From Brevinematia bacterium (GTDB taxonomy: Bacteria > Spirochaetota > Brevinematia > Brevinematales > JAOACQ01): a DNA stretch of 64,000 bases. Below are positions 46,477 to 55,861 of this stretch, one piece after another. Both the position numbers and the translations under genes were made by a program. Each line of letters opens with the position of its first letter. Positions within the stretch are counted from its first letter, which is position 1. Location of the stretch: the NCBI GenBank assembly GCA_049968515.1, contig JBMFQR010000004.1, positions 6,145 through 70,144 of the forward strand, read 5' to 3'. The notes beneath the pieces are model-generated. The model saw nothing but the letters and a program-made list of their open reading frames with translations, did no database searches and had not been told where the DNA came from.

Positions 46477-47511
46477 CTATTGTTTTAAAGATTTATCTTT
46501 GTAAACAAGAGATAAAATCCTTTCTTCTACCAGAGGCATAATGTTTTCGGGCAATGGAGCAAAGTCATAAATCTCATTAAACTTCTGTCCATTATGGGTC
46601 ATCCACCAGAGCAGCTCTACAATTGCCTGTGCCTGTTTTATGTTTTTTGTTGAGAGAGACAGATCTTTATATACTATTATCCAGCTAAAGGTAGAAATAG
46701 GATAAGCATTTTTGTTTTTTGAATTTATAATACCAGTGTTGAGAATATCTTTTTCTGTTGTTCTGGCAGCCTCTTTTATATTTTCTATTTCTGGCAGCAC
46801 AAAGTTGTTTGCTTTGTTTTTCAGGTATGCTATTTTAAGATTGTTTTCCGAGGCATAGGATTTTTCCACATAACCTATGGCTCCCGGAGTTTGTTTCACA
46901 TAAGCTGCAACACCTGTGTTGCCTTTTGCACCAATTCCAGTAGGCCAGTTTAAGGACTTACCTTTGCCCACTGTTTTTTCCCATTCCGTACTCACAGCAC
47001 AAAGATACTCACTGAATGTATATGTTGTCCCGCTGCCATCGGATCTTTTTACTACTACAATCGGTAAGTCAGGAAGGGTAATGTCAGGGTTTAAATCTGT
47101 AAGTCTCTTGTCCTTCCAGTTCGTTATTTTTCCGAGAAAGATGTCTGCAAGAACATCAGAAGATAGTTTCAGTTTATCCACATTGGATAGATTATAGACA
47201 ACTGCCACTGCTCCGATGCAAACAGGAATGTGTACTATTTTGGCCTTTGCATCTTTAAGTTCATCCTCTGTCATTGGCACATCTGTTGCCCCAAAGTTCA
47301 CTGTTTTATTGATCAACTGGCGTATTCCACCACCTGAACCTATTGGCTGGTAATTAATTTCTACAGAGTTGTTTTTGCGATATTCCGAAAACATTTTTGA
47401 GTAAAGTGGCTCTGGGAATGTAGCCCCTGCTCCCATAATGCTTATTGTACCTGAACAACTTGCCATTGCTAAAAATGAGATTAATATAAAGATCTTACTC
47501 AAAATATTCAT
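46477..47511 (-). CDS. pstS: Phosphate-binding protein PstS
   Basis: Lipoprotein signal (LAMASCSG). 'GAGATFPEPLY', 'GSGGGIRQL' and 'RSDGSGTTYTFSEYL' are PstS signatures. Confidence 0.85.
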   Translation of the reverse strand: MNILSKIFILISFLAMASCSGTISIMGAGATFPEPLYSKMFSEYRKNNSVEINYQPIGSGGGIRQLINKTVNFGATDVPMTEDELKDAKAKIVHIPVCIGAVAVVYNLSNVDKLKLSSDVLADIFLGKITNWKDKRLTDLNPDITLPDLPIVVVKRSDGSGTTYTFSEYLCAVSTEWEKTVGKGKSLNWPTGIGAKGNTGVAAYVKQTPGAIGYVEKSYASENNLKIAYLKNKANNFVLPEIENIKEAARTTEKDILNTGIINSKNKNAYPISTFSWIIVYKDLSLSTKNIKQAQAIVELLWWMTHNGQKFNEIYDFAPLPENIMPLVEERILSLVYKDKSLKQ

Positions 47512-47552
47512 AAAATCTCCACTTAATTTATGCTAATTATACATCTTTATTT

Positions 47553-47581
47553 ATTATAACATTGGTTGGTAAAAGTTTCAA
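47553..47581 (-). promoter_or_regulatory. Sigma70-type promoter candidate for pstSCAB-phoU
   Basis: Minus strand: TTGAAA (47581-47576), 17 nt, TATAAT (47558-47553). No Pho-box-like direct repeat recognised. Confidence 0.45.
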
Positions 47582-47601
47582 AATTAAGTCAATTATCTAA
47601 C

Positions 47602-47630
47602 TTGACGGGGCTTTTTTCTGAATTTATAAT
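47602..47630 (+). promoter_or_regulatory. Sigma70-type promoter candidate for the TldD/PmbA four-gene unit
   Basis: TTGACG (47602-47607), 17 nt, TATAAT (47625-47630). ATG at 47660. Confidence 0.5.
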
Positions 47631-47659
47631 AAGATGTATTTAATTGAAGGTAAGGTATT

Positions 47660-48973
47660 ATGGATAAGTTAAGAGAATTTATGTTTGAAATACTCAGTTT
47701 TGTGAATAAGGGTGATGTTACAGGGTATCGTTCTGATGAATATTCTATTGATTTTGAGATGGATCGTTTAAAATCTGTGGAAAACACGAGCAGTTCTGCT
47801 GTGGGATTGAGGGTTTTTAAGGACGGCAGAGTTGGAAATTCATTTATAAATAGCTTCGGTGTTGAGGATAAAGATACTTTGTTAAAGAATGTTTTTGATA
47901 CCTTGAAATTTGGAGATAAACAGGACTTTAATCTACCTGAAAAACAAGAATTGCCTGATGTAAAGATTTTTGATGAAAATTTTTATGCTGTAACCAAAGA
48001 GATTCTTATAGAGAAAGGATTTGAACTTTTGAAAAGGCTTAAAAAGATCGGTAAGGATGTGAAAGTAAATATACATTTCAGCAAGGGTGTTATTGAAAAT
48101 CACCTTCTTAATACGGGTGGTTTTGAAGGAACTTATAAAGAGAGTGACTTCTCTGTTCTTTTGAATTTGACTGAGGTCGAGAAAAATGGAGGAATTCTTT
48201 CAGTAAGTGAGATGGATAGTTTTAATCGTGTTGATTTAACTGAACTTGATAGAATGTGTGACAGGCTTGAGGAAAAGTATGGCTTTGCGAGAAAGAAGAT
48301 GAGAGTAAAGTCTGGATATTTTCCCGTTCTTTTTTCTCCTGAAGCATTATCTTTAATACTTGAACCTGTTGAGATTGCTGCCAATGGTAAAACTCTCTAC
48401 AGAAAAATCTCTGTCTTTGAGAATAGGGAGAATGACATTGTTGCAACTGATATGCTTACGATTTATGATAACCCACTTTATGATTTTGGGAGTGGAAGCT
48501 ACCCATTTGACGATGAGGGGGTTGTTCCCCGGAAGCTAACTGTTATCGAAAAGGGGGTCTTTAAGAATTTTATCTTTGACCTTTTTACTGCAAGTCAACT
48601 CTCAAGAGAAAGCACAGGACATGCCAGAAGGAGTGTTTCTTCACTTCCTTCTCCTTCCTTTTCCAATATTTTTATAGAGACAGGTAGTAGTAGCTTTTCT
48701 GATATGCTTTCTTCCATTGATTATGGGCTTCTTGTTTATAGCTTTCTTGGTGAGGGAATGAGTAATATACTTGCAGGCGATTTTTCGGTAAATGTTGAGT
48801 TTGGTTTCCTTGTTGAGAAAGGCAGGATCAGGGGAAGAGTAAAGGATGTGATGCTTGCTGGAAATGCATTTGATGCTATAAAAAATATAAAGATGATAGA
48901 AAATAGACAGTATAAGCATGGCAGCTTATATGCACCACATATTCTTTTTGATAATTTATCTGTGATGGGATGA
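47660..48973 (+). CDS. TldD/PmbA-family (peptidase U62) protein
   Basis: 437 aa. 'SSSAVGLRVFKDGRVGNSFIN', 'YPFDDEGVVPRK..VIEKGV' and 'GHARR....PSPSFSNIFIE.G' follow the PmbA/TldD pattern. No paired second U62 gene is adjacent. Confidence 0.8.
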   Translation: MDKLREFMFEILSFVNKGDVTGYRSDEYSIDFEMDRLKSVENTSSSAVGLRVFKDGRVGNSFINSFGVEDKDTLLKNVFDTLKFGDKQDFNLPEKQELPDVKIFDENFYAVTKEILIEKGFELLKRLKKIGKDVKVNIHFSKGVIENHLLNTGGFEGTYKESDFSVLLNLTEVEKNGGILSVSEMDSFNRVDLTELDRMCDRLEEKYGFARKKMRVKSGYFPVLFSPEALSLILEPVEIAANGKTLYRKISVFENRENDIVATDMLTIYDNPLYDFGSGSYPFDDEGVVPRKLTVIEKGVFKNFIFDLFTASQLSRESTGHARRSVSSLPSPSFSNIFIETGSSSFSDMLSSIDYGLLVYSFLGEGMSNILAGDFSVNVEFGFLVEKGRIRGRVKDVMLAGNAFDAIKNIKMIENRQYKHGSLYAPHILFDNLSVMG

Positions 48974-48974
48974 A

Positions 48975-49583
48975 ATGAGATATATTTCTGTGTGGATTAT
49001 TTTTTTTCTTTTTACAGCGTGTGCCTCAAAGACCTTCTTTGTCAGGAAAGAAGCTATATCTTTTGGAATGAGGTTTTTTATTTTTCTGGAAGAAAAGAAT
49101 GGGCAAAAGTTTAATGGTAAGGGGGAGGGGGTTCTTTCAGAAACATCTTTTAAGTTCAATATTTATGATAATTTTTTTGACAGATTACTTGCCACAGTTT
49201 TAGTTACGACGGATGAAGGAATAAGTGTTTATGTTTATAATGAGAGGACGGGTTATTTCATAAAGAACAATGAGCTCGGGACTATTTTTACGAGGAATTT
49301 CTATCAACTTTTTAAGAAGGAGAGAGGCGAGGGGCTTTCTATAGAAAAGGCGTTTAAGGATAATGAAAAGGATTTCAATGTAAAATGTAAGGTTTTAAAG
49401 GTTAAAAATTCACTCCCGCAGAGGGTGCTTTTTGAAATAAACTCTTTTGATAATGAGGGAGGACATATTGTATTTGATATACTGGAGGCTGGTGATATAC
49501 CTGTAAATGTCCCGGATAGTTTTAATTTTTCAGATTATTATGATACTTCCAATCTCTTTGAATTTTTGAGGAGTTTGCAATGA
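48975..49583 (+). CDS. Hypothetical lipoprotein (202 aa)
   Basis: Starts 1 nt after the previous stop. Signal plus lipobox 'IIFFLFTACASK'. No recognised domain. Confidence 0.5.
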   Translation: MRYISVWIIFFLFTACASKTFFVRKEAISFGMRFFIFLEEKNGQKFNGKGEGVLSETSFKFNIYDNFFDRLLATVLVTTDEGISVYVYNERTGYFIKNNELGTIFTRNFYQLFKKERGEGLSIEKAFKDNEKDFNVKCKVLKVKNSLPQRVLFEINSFDNEGGHIVFDILEAGDIPVNVPDSFNFSDYYDTSNLFEFLRSLQ

Positions 49584-51310
49584 AAAAAACAAAAATTGAT
49601 GAAATAAGGGAAAGAACTGGCATAAAGGAGTTAAGTGAAAAAGAAAAGAAAGAAATGTTTAAGAAATTTGTTGAAGCAGGTGGCAGGGTGGTAAATCTTG
49701 ATGAGGAGGAGAGAAAAAATATACTTGTTGGTAAAAGGTCTGGCAGAGGTGTGGCCATTGCTACCCAAAGGGATGAGACTGAAGTTGATGGGAAGAATAA
49801 GGCATATTCAAAGAGGATAGTAAAACTTGAGAGGAGCAAGGCTTTCAATCCTTTCAATAGATGGATTGAGAAATTTTCTTCAAGGATAGATTGCTTTGTT
49901 AATGGAATTTTGACTTTTAGTGGTAAGGCTTTTGCTGAAAGATTTCGAAAACTTTTTCTGGTAGATTTTCAGAATGCTTTGCTTGGAAGCAGAATGATAC
50001 TCGCCTCGGTTTTATATCAGGACAAGTTTGCGTCACAGGAAATCAAAAAAAAGCTTTTACTTGATAACACTTTTCCTTATTACTATGAGCTTATCTATAG
50101 ATATGACAATATATATACAGAAGAAAGATATGAGGTTATTGAGAGAATGCGATTTTCTCTTGATATAGTTGAGGATTTAAGACCAGTAATTATGGATATT
50201 TTCAAGGATATCATGATATTACAACCATACTTTGTTTCTCTGAAATCGGCAATTGAAAAGGCGTTATGGCTTGAAAAGGAATTGAGAGGTATTAATTCGA
50301 CAGTATACTTTGAAAATCTGCATAAGCTGAATGGATATGTGGATTTTGTTTTTAATAAGGTTTATCCAAAGCTTTTTATCCTCGTTGATTATTTTTACAG
50401 GGATAGAACCAATTTAAGAAAGAAATTCAGGGAATTTTTGAATTTTGGAGAACAGGATACATTGGGATATTATACGTTTAACTGGAAGAAGGAGTTGTTA
50501 AAGTCTATAAAGGAAGAGGAGAAAAAAGGCTCTGAACAAAAAGAAAAGATTGGTTCACAAGAATCGGTAGAAGAGGTAAAAGAGGAGGCACAGGAGGTTT
50601 CAAATGTTGTTGCTGAGGGAATCAAACTTATTGTGAAAAATATTAATCCGTTAAAAAGCCTTAAACAATATTTAGAAAATAAAGATTTGAGGGCAATTTT
50701 TTCTCCGAGGGATAAAGTTTTTCTTTCATTCCTCGTACTTGATTACTTTGACAAGGAATTCTCTTTTATTTTCACTTCAAATAAGGTTGAAATTGGTATT
50801 GCATTTATAGAAGGCAATAGAATGGATTTAAGAAAAGAACTTACCAATATATATTATAGAGTAAATGGAATATTTGAAAGGGTAGATGAGTACCTAAAGG
50901 TAATTAAGGAGATAAAAAAAATTGAGAATGATAGTTTCTTAAGTTTTCAGGAGAAGACAGGGCGTTTAAATCAATATTCTATCGAAAGAAGCCAGCTTTC
51001 AAGAATGATAAGAAGGGATATGAAGAATCTTTTTGATGAGTTTTCAAATAAGCTTTTGTATCTGATTTCTGATTATAATGGGGAAAGAAAGATTTTGCAG
51101 AATCCAGAAGATATTATGGAATTTGATGTTAAGATTGATGGAGAAAGATTTTCTAATGGCAAGAAAGTTATTGATATAATAGAAGCCGCCTATAAGTTTT
51201 GCAGCGGTGCGTTGTTTCTTCTTTCGGATGCAGACCTTGGAGGTCTTGGAATTTTTCTTGAAAAGCCGATTTATCTAAATTTTGATTTATCAGGAGAGGG
51301 TAATGTATAA
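49580..51310 (+). CDS. Hypothetical 576-aa soluble, largely helical protein
   Basis: ATGA overlap with the upstream gene (49580-49583). K/E-rich N-terminus and central acidic linker. No recognised motif. Confidence 0.5.
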   Translation: MKKTKIDEIRERTGIKELSEKEKKEMFKKFVEAGGRVVNLDEEERKNILVGKRSGRGVAIATQRDETEVDGKNKAYSKRIVKLERSKAFNPFNRWIEKFSSRIDCFVNGILTFSGKAFAERFRKLFLVDFQNALLGSRMILASVLYQDKFASQEIKKKLLLDNTFPYYYELIYRYDNIYTEERYEVIERMRFSLDIVEDLRPVIMDIFKDIMILQPYFVSLKSAIEKALWLEKELRGINSTVYFENLHKLNGYVDFVFNKVYPKLFILVDYFYRDRTNLRKKFREFLNFGEQDTLGYYTFNWKKELLKSIKEEEKKGSEQKEKIGSQESVEEVKEEAQEVSNVVAEGIKLIVKNINPLKSLKQYLENKDLRAIFSPRDKVFLSFLVLDYFDKEFSFIFTSNKVEIGIAFIEGNRMDLRKELTNIYYRVNGIFERVDEYLKVIKEIKKIENDSFLSFQEKTGRLNQYSIERSQLSRMIRRDMKNLFDEFSNKLLYLISDYNGERKILQNPEDIMEFDVKIDGERFSNGKKVIDIIEAAYKFCSGALFLLSDADLGGLGIFLEKPIYLNFDLSGEGNV

Positions 51311-51328
51311 TTATATGGGAGGGATTTG

Positions 51329-51979
51329 ATGAACAAGATATTTTTTATATTTTTAATCTTTCTATATGGTCTTTCATTTTCTTATGAGATTTCTGAATTT
51401 CCCCACGTGAGTAGGTATGATGAAAGATTGAAAAATATATCAGATGAAAGCTTTCTTTCGAATGCATTAGATGATAGTGATTTAGATCTTGTTTTCTCTG
51501 CACTTAAGAGAGTTGGAGAACTCAGATTGACAAATTTAAAATCAAAAGTTATTGGATTGATTGGGATTGCAAACCCACAGGCAAATATTTCAAGGTCAAA
51601 GCTATATGCTAATTATAGAAATATTTTCTATCTTGGTATCCTTGTTCTTGGTAAGATAGGCAGCAGTGAGAATGATGCTGCTTATCTGGCAGGCTTTCTC
51701 AGGGATACAAAAAAGGATGTGCTTGGCACGGTTTGTATTTTGCAGGCACTTGGAGAGTTAAAGGGGAACAAAAAGGCACTGGATTTTCTGCAGGAATATT
51801 CACTAACTGTGGGCTACAGGACTGATTCAAGGGTTGTCAGAAGTCTTGTTGATGCAATTGTTGCTCAGGGGAAAAAGAGTTCAAACACCTATCTGATTAG
51901 CTTGAGGGGAAGGGTTTCTCAGGAAGATAGGGTCTATGTCTCTGATGCGATAATGAAATTAAAAAAGATGCCAGATTAA
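51329..51979 (+). CDS. Hypothetical secreted protein, HEAT/ARM-like helical repeats
   Basis: GGGAGGG RBS. Signal peptide MNKIFFIFLIFLYGLSFS. Repeats such as 'SALKRVGELRL' and 'CILQALGELKG' resemble HEAT-like 'A..ALG.l' turns. Weak call. Confidence 0.45.
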   Translation: MNKIFFIFLIFLYGLSFSYEISEFPHVSRYDERLKNISDESFLSNALDDSDLDLVFSALKRVGELRLTNLKSKVIGLIGIANPQANISRSKLYANYRNIFYLGILVLGKIGSSENDAAYLAGFLRDTKKDVLGTVCILQALGELKGNKKALDFLQEYSLTVGYRTDSRVVRSLVDAIVAQGKKSSNTYLISLRGRVSQEDRVYVSDAIMKLKKMPD

Positions 51980-51997
51980 GTAATCAGGCATTACATG

Positions 51998-52015
51998 GCG
52001 TTGCATTGGCAACGC
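51998..52015 (+). terminator. Short GC hairpin after the four-gene unit (no U-tract)
   Basis: GCGTTGC (51998-52004), loop ATTG, GCAACGC (52009-52015). Confidence 0.3.
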
Positions 52016-52043
52016 AACCAAGTTCTTATGTTGTGGAGATTAG

Positions 52044-52610
52044 ATGGGTGATTTAATTTATGAGAAAAAGGAAAAACTTAGAAAGGAATTCTTTCAGAAG
52101 CGTTTGCTTTTATCTAAAGATGAAGTTATAGAAAGGTCAAAGAAGATTATTGCTGGTCTTAAAGAAAATTTTCTCAATAATAATGTGTTTCTGTTTTATG
52201 TTCCAATAAGAAACGAGGTTGATTTACTTTCGCTTGCTAAAGAGCTTTTTCTTAATGGAAAGACTGTGCTTTTTCCCCGGGTAGTAGATTATGAAAGAAT
52301 AGTTCCTTATGTTATAGAGGATATTAACTTTGATTTCAAAAGGGGAGCCTTTGGCATTCCAGAGCCAGATACAGAGCCATTTTACTCTGAGATTGATGTG
52401 GTTTTTGTTCCTGGCATTGTTTTTGGTAAAAATGGCTACAGAATTGGTTATGGAAAGAGCTATTATGACAATTTTCTTTCAACATATCCTATCAGGGAAA
52501 GTGTTGGCATAGCATTTGATTTTCAGGTGATTGATGAAGTGCCTTTTACTGAAAAGGATTTTAAGCTTGGTTTTATACAGTCAGAGACAGAATTATATAA
52601 GGTAATTTAA
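52044..52610 (+). CDS. 5-formyltetrahydrofolate cyclo-ligase (MTHFS)
   Basis: 188 aa. 'KEKLRKEFFQKRLLLS', 'FGIPEP' and 'IDVVFVPGIVFGKNGYRIGYGKSYYDNFL' are MTHFS signatures. Confidence 0.8.
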   Translation: MGDLIYEKKEKLRKEFFQKRLLLSKDEVIERSKKIIAGLKENFLNNNVFLFYVPIRNEVDLLSLAKELFLNGKTVLFPRVVDYERIVPYVIEDINFDFKRGAFGIPEPDTEPFYSEIDVVFVPGIVFGKNGYRIGYGKSYYDNFLSTYPIRESVGIAFDFQVIDEVPFTEKDFKLGFIQSETELYKVI

Positions 52611-52628
52611 TATTATAAGGATTATGAT

Positions 52629-53903
52629 ATGAGTTATATTGTTAAACCTTTTGCAAAAAAGAAGGTTAAAGCCGAATTGACGCTACCGGGTTCAAAGAGC
52701 ATTACAAATAGATGCCTTGTAATTTCAGCACTTGCAAGGGGAAAGACTGAATTAAGCAATGTTCTTTTTTCTGATGACACATTTTATATGATGAAAGTTT
52801 TAAAAGATCTCGGTTTAAAAATTGATGTTGATGAAGATAAAAGGAGGGTTGTTATTGAGGGAGGAATGCTTCCACATGGTGAACATTCTTTTTTTGTTGG
52901 AAATGCAGGAACAACAATGAGATTTCTTTCATCTTACCTTTCTCTCGGAGGTGGAAGTTTTTTGCTTGATGGTGATGAAAGGATGAGAGAAAGGCCGATT
53001 CAGGATCTGCTTGATGTACTTAATAAGCTTGGTGTAAATATTTTTAGTGTGAAAGGAAATGGTTGCCCTCCTGTAAGAATAAACTCGAAAGGAATAAAGG
53101 GTGGTAGGGCTAAACTTTCTGGGAAAAACTCAAGTCAATATCTTTCTTCTGTTTTGATGTCTGCACCATATGCAGTGGGAGATGTTATTCTATGTGTAGA
53201 TGGAGAAATTACATCCAGACCTTATGCTGAAATGACATTGAATATTATGAAAGAATTCGGTGTCAGTGTTAAAAATTCTGGCTTTAAAGAATTTGCCGTA
53301 ACTCCCTCTGAGTATATTTCTTTGTCGTCTTATTACATAGAACCAGATGCCTCTACGGCTTCATATTTTTTAGCAGCCACAGCTATTCTTTCTGGTGAAA
53401 TTAAAATCAGGGGGTTGGGTAAAAATTCGATTCAGGGTGATACAAACTTTATTAAAATTCTTGAAATGATGGGATGTGAAATTGATGTTGGTGAAGATTT
53501 CATCAAACTTGTTTCTGATGGAAATCTTGATGGAATAGAGATTGATATGAATGATGTTCCGGATCTTGTTCCTACCCTTGCAATTATTGCTTTGTTTGCC
53601 AGAACGCCAACTAAAATATTTAATGTGGCAAATTTGAGAATAAAAGAGTCTGACAGGTTAAAAGCTTTAAGCAATGAGATTAAAAAGATTGGTGGTAAGG
53701 TTAATGAATTTGATGATGGACTTGAAATTTATCCTGAAATATGTTATAATTCTTCGCTTATTTCCACTTATAATGATCACAGAATTGCAATGGCTTTTTC
53801 CATTGCAGGTTTGAAAATAGGTGGGATAGAGATTGATAATCCGGGTTGTGTTTCCAAGTCATTTCCTGAGTTTTTTAACTTTTTAGAAAGATTTTTTAAT
53901 TGA
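52629..53903 (+). CDS. aroA: 3-phosphoshikimate 1-carboxyvinyltransferase (EPSP synthase)
   Basis: 'LPGSKSITNRCLVISALA', 'GNAGTTMRFL', 'NSSQYLSSVLM', 'KESDRL' and 'DHRIAMAF' are the canonical AroA motifs. Confidence 0.92.
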   Translation: MSYIVKPFAKKKVKAELTLPGSKSITNRCLVISALARGKTELSNVLFSDDTFYMMKVLKDLGLKIDVDEDKRRVVIEGGMLPHGEHSFFVGNAGTTMRFLSSYLSLGGGSFLLDGDERMRERPIQDLLDVLNKLGVNIFSVKGNGCPPVRINSKGIKGGRAKLSGKNSSQYLSSVLMSAPYAVGDVILCVDGEITSRPYAEMTLNIMKEFGVSVKNSGFKEFAVTPSEYISLSSYYIEPDASTASYFLAATAILSGEIKIRGLGKNSIQGDTNFIKILEMMGCEIDVGEDFIKLVSDGNLDGIEIDMNDVPDLVPTLAIIALFARTPTKIFNVANLRIKESDRLKALSNEIKKIGGKVNEFDDGLEIYPEICYNSSLISTYNDHRIAMAFSIAGLKIGGIEIDNPGCVSKSFPEFFNFLERFFN

Positions 53904-53907
53904 TTTT

Positions 53908-53936
53908 TTGACTTTTTTTTGTTTTTAGCTTATAAT
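53908..53936 (+). promoter_or_regulatory. Consensus sigma70 promoter for tRNA-Thr-rpmG-tRNA-Trp-secE-nusG
   Basis: TTGACT (53908-53913), exactly 17 nt, TATAAT (53931-53936). tRNA-Thr starts at 53980. Confidence 0.6.
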
Positions 53937-53979
53937 AAAAAGTTGTGTTTTCTTGTTGTTATAGTTCTTGAGTTTTTTT

Positions 53980-54052
<73 letters not shown>

Positions 54053-54073
54053 AAATTATAATAAGAGGATTTT

Positions 54074-54226
54074 ATGGAAATTGTTACACTGGAATGTGAA
54101 GTTTGTGGTGAGAGAAATTATTCTACCAATAAAACAAAGAAAATGTTGCAGCAGAGGCTTAAGCTTAGTTTGAAGAAATATTGTCCGAGGTGTAGGAAGC
54201 ATACTGTTCATAAGGAAGTAAAGTAG
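54074..54226 (+). CDS. rpmG: 50S ribosomal protein L33 (Zn-ribbon C+ form)
   Basis: Not in the ORF track (50 aa). Hand translation: [60 protein letters not shown]. CxxC...CxxC present. Conserved position before secE. Confidence 0.85.
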   Translation: MEIVTLECEVCGERNYSTNKTKKMLQQRLKLSLKKYCPRCRKHTVHKEVK

Positions 54227-54302
54227 TTTTGAGTTAGTTAGTTTTTTAAGTGAAATAGGCTTCTATCCTGTAAATTGAGTAAAGTTTACTCAGACAGGCA
54301 AT

Positions 54303-54505
54303 TTGAAAGACAACTTTATCATATTAGATAAAGTTACTTAGGTAGGCAGAGTGGATTTGTAGTATAAGTGATAAAGCTTATTTAGATAAGCCAGAAAGTT
54401 GAAAGACAACTTTATCATATTAGATAAAGTTATTTAGGTAGGCTGGTAGCTCAATTGATAGAGTGGATTTATCATTTTTTAAATGATAAATTTATTTTTT
54501 ATGAT
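54303..54505. repeat. Tandem ~96-107-nt repeat units, each carrying a hairpin module and a partial copy of the tRNA-Trp 5' half
   Basis: 54303-54347 and 54399-54443 are 44/45 identical. 54440-54464 (AGGCTGGTAGCTCAATTGATAGAGT) matches tRNA-Trp 54506-54530 at 24/25. Copy 1 has the same sequence with the 16 nt TGGTAGCTCAATTGAT deleted (TAGGTAGGC|AGAGTGGATTT). Confidence 0.75.
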
Positions 54506-54578
54506 AGGCTGGTAGCTCAATTGGTAGAGTAGCGGTCTCCAAAACCGTTGGCTGTGGGTTCAAGTCCCGCCCGGCCTG
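54506..54578 (+). tRNA. tRNA-Trp (anticodon CCA)
   Basis: 73-nt cloverleaf: AGGCTGG/CCGGCCT acceptor, GCGGT-CTCCAAA-ACCGT anticodon arm, GTGGG-TTCAAGT-CCCGC T arm. Confidence 0.92.
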
Positions 54579-54599
54579 TATTAATAGAATGGGGTTTTT

Positions 54600-54842
54600 A
54601 TGTTGAAGATTGTGAATATTGCCCTTCTCGTGCTGATTGGTATAGGAGTTGTTATTGCTGTAGTATTCAACTGGAATTATGTTAAGGAAAGTTTTGCAGA
54701 GCTTAAAAAGGTCAGCTGGCCATCGAGAGAACTTGCCTGGAATTCTGCAATAGTTACAATTGTGTTTATTGTTGTTTTTTCTCTTTTTCTTTCTTTGCTT
54801 GATTATCTATTGAATCTGATATTCTTGAAATTGGTTGGTTAA
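54600..54842 (+). CDS. secE: Preprotein translocase subunit SecE
   Basis: 'ELKKVSWPSRELAWNSAIVTIVFIVVFSLFLSLLD' is the SecE core motif plus TM. Position is before nusG. Confidence 0.8.
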   Translation: MLKIVNIALLVLIGIGVVIAVVFNWNYVKESFAELKKVSWPSRELAWNSAIVTIVFIVVFSLFLSLLDYLLNLIFLKLVG

Positions 54843-54844
54843 AT

Positions 54845-55402
54845 ATGGCTCGTGGTTGGTTTGTAATTCAGGTTTATACTGGATATGAGAAAAGAGTAAT
54901 GAATGAATTAATAAGTAAGAAAAATAATACATTTTTGAAGGATATAATTTTTGATGTTTGTGTGCCTGAAGAAGAATATACCATTGAAAAGAATAAAAAA
55001 AAGGTGGTAAAGAAAAGAAATCTTTATCCGGGATATGTACTTGTTGAACTTGATCTTCCCGAAGATGATGCCTTATGGAAAAAGGTATATGTAGAAATTA
55101 AGTCAATAAATGGCGTTGGTATGTTTCTGACAGGAGGGGGTGGAAAGAAGCCAGTTCCTCTTTCATATGATGATGTAAAGACTATATTTGAGAAAACTGG
55201 TGAGATAAAGGTTGATCTCGCAATACTTGAAAGTGATTTTTCTGTTGGTGAAAGAGTGAAGATAAATGAGGGGCCCTTTAAAGATTTTGAGGGTGAGGTT
55301 CAGGAGATAAATCTTGAGAAAAATAGCTTAACTGTAAGGGTGGAAATTTTTGGAAGGTTAACTCCAGTTGAGCTTGAATTCAGCCAGGTCAAGAAACTTT
55401 GA
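54845..55402 (+). CDS. nusG: Transcription termination/antitermination factor NusG
   Basis: 'WFVIQVYTGYEKRV' NGN start. C-terminal KOW: 'GERVKINEGPFKDFEGEVQEIN'. Confidence 0.9.
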   Translation: MARGWFVIQVYTGYEKRVMNELISKKNNTFLKDIIFDVCVPEEEYTIEKNKKKVVKKRNLYPGYVLVELDLPEDDALWKKVYVEIKSINGVGMFLTGGGGKKPVPLSYDDVKTIFEKTGEIKVDLAILESDFSVGERVKINEGPFKDFEGEVQEINLEKNSLTVRVEIFGRLTPVELEFSQVKKL

Positions 55403-55425
55403 TAAATTATTTTTAGGAGAAATAA

Positions 55426-55860
55426 ATGGCACCAAAAACTAAAAAGGTTAAAGCAGTTGTGAAGATGCAACTTCAAGCAGGACAGGCAAATCCTGCACCT
55501 CCGGTTGGGACTGCTTTGGGACCTCATGGAATACAATTGATGGAATTTTGTAAACAATTCAATGAGTCTACAAAAGATAAGGCTGGCTTTGTAATTCCTG
55601 TGATAGTAACAATATATGAAGATAGAAGTTTTACATTTATTACAAAGACACCACCTGCTTCAAATCTTATTAAGAAAGAGCTTGGTATAGAAAAGGGTTC
55701 TTCAGAACCAAATAAAGCAAAGGTTGGTAAGATTAAGAGGGAGCAATTAAAAAAGATTGCAGAAATAAAGATGAAAGATTTGAATGCGAAGGATATAGAT
55801 GCTGCGATTAATATAATAGCGGGTACAGCCAGAAATATGGGTGTTGAGGTGGAGGATTAA
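55426..55860 (+). CDS. rplK: 50S ribosomal protein L11
   Basis: '[31 protein letters not shown]' is the L11 signature. Confidence 0.95.
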   Translation: MAPKTKKVKAVVKMQLQAGQANPAPPVGTALGPHGIQLMEFCKQFNESTKDKAGFVIPVIVTIYEDRSFTFITKTPPASNLIKKELGIEKGSSEPNKAKVGKIKREQLKKIAEIKMKDLNAKDIDAAINIIAGTARNMGVEVED

Positions 55861-55861
55861 G

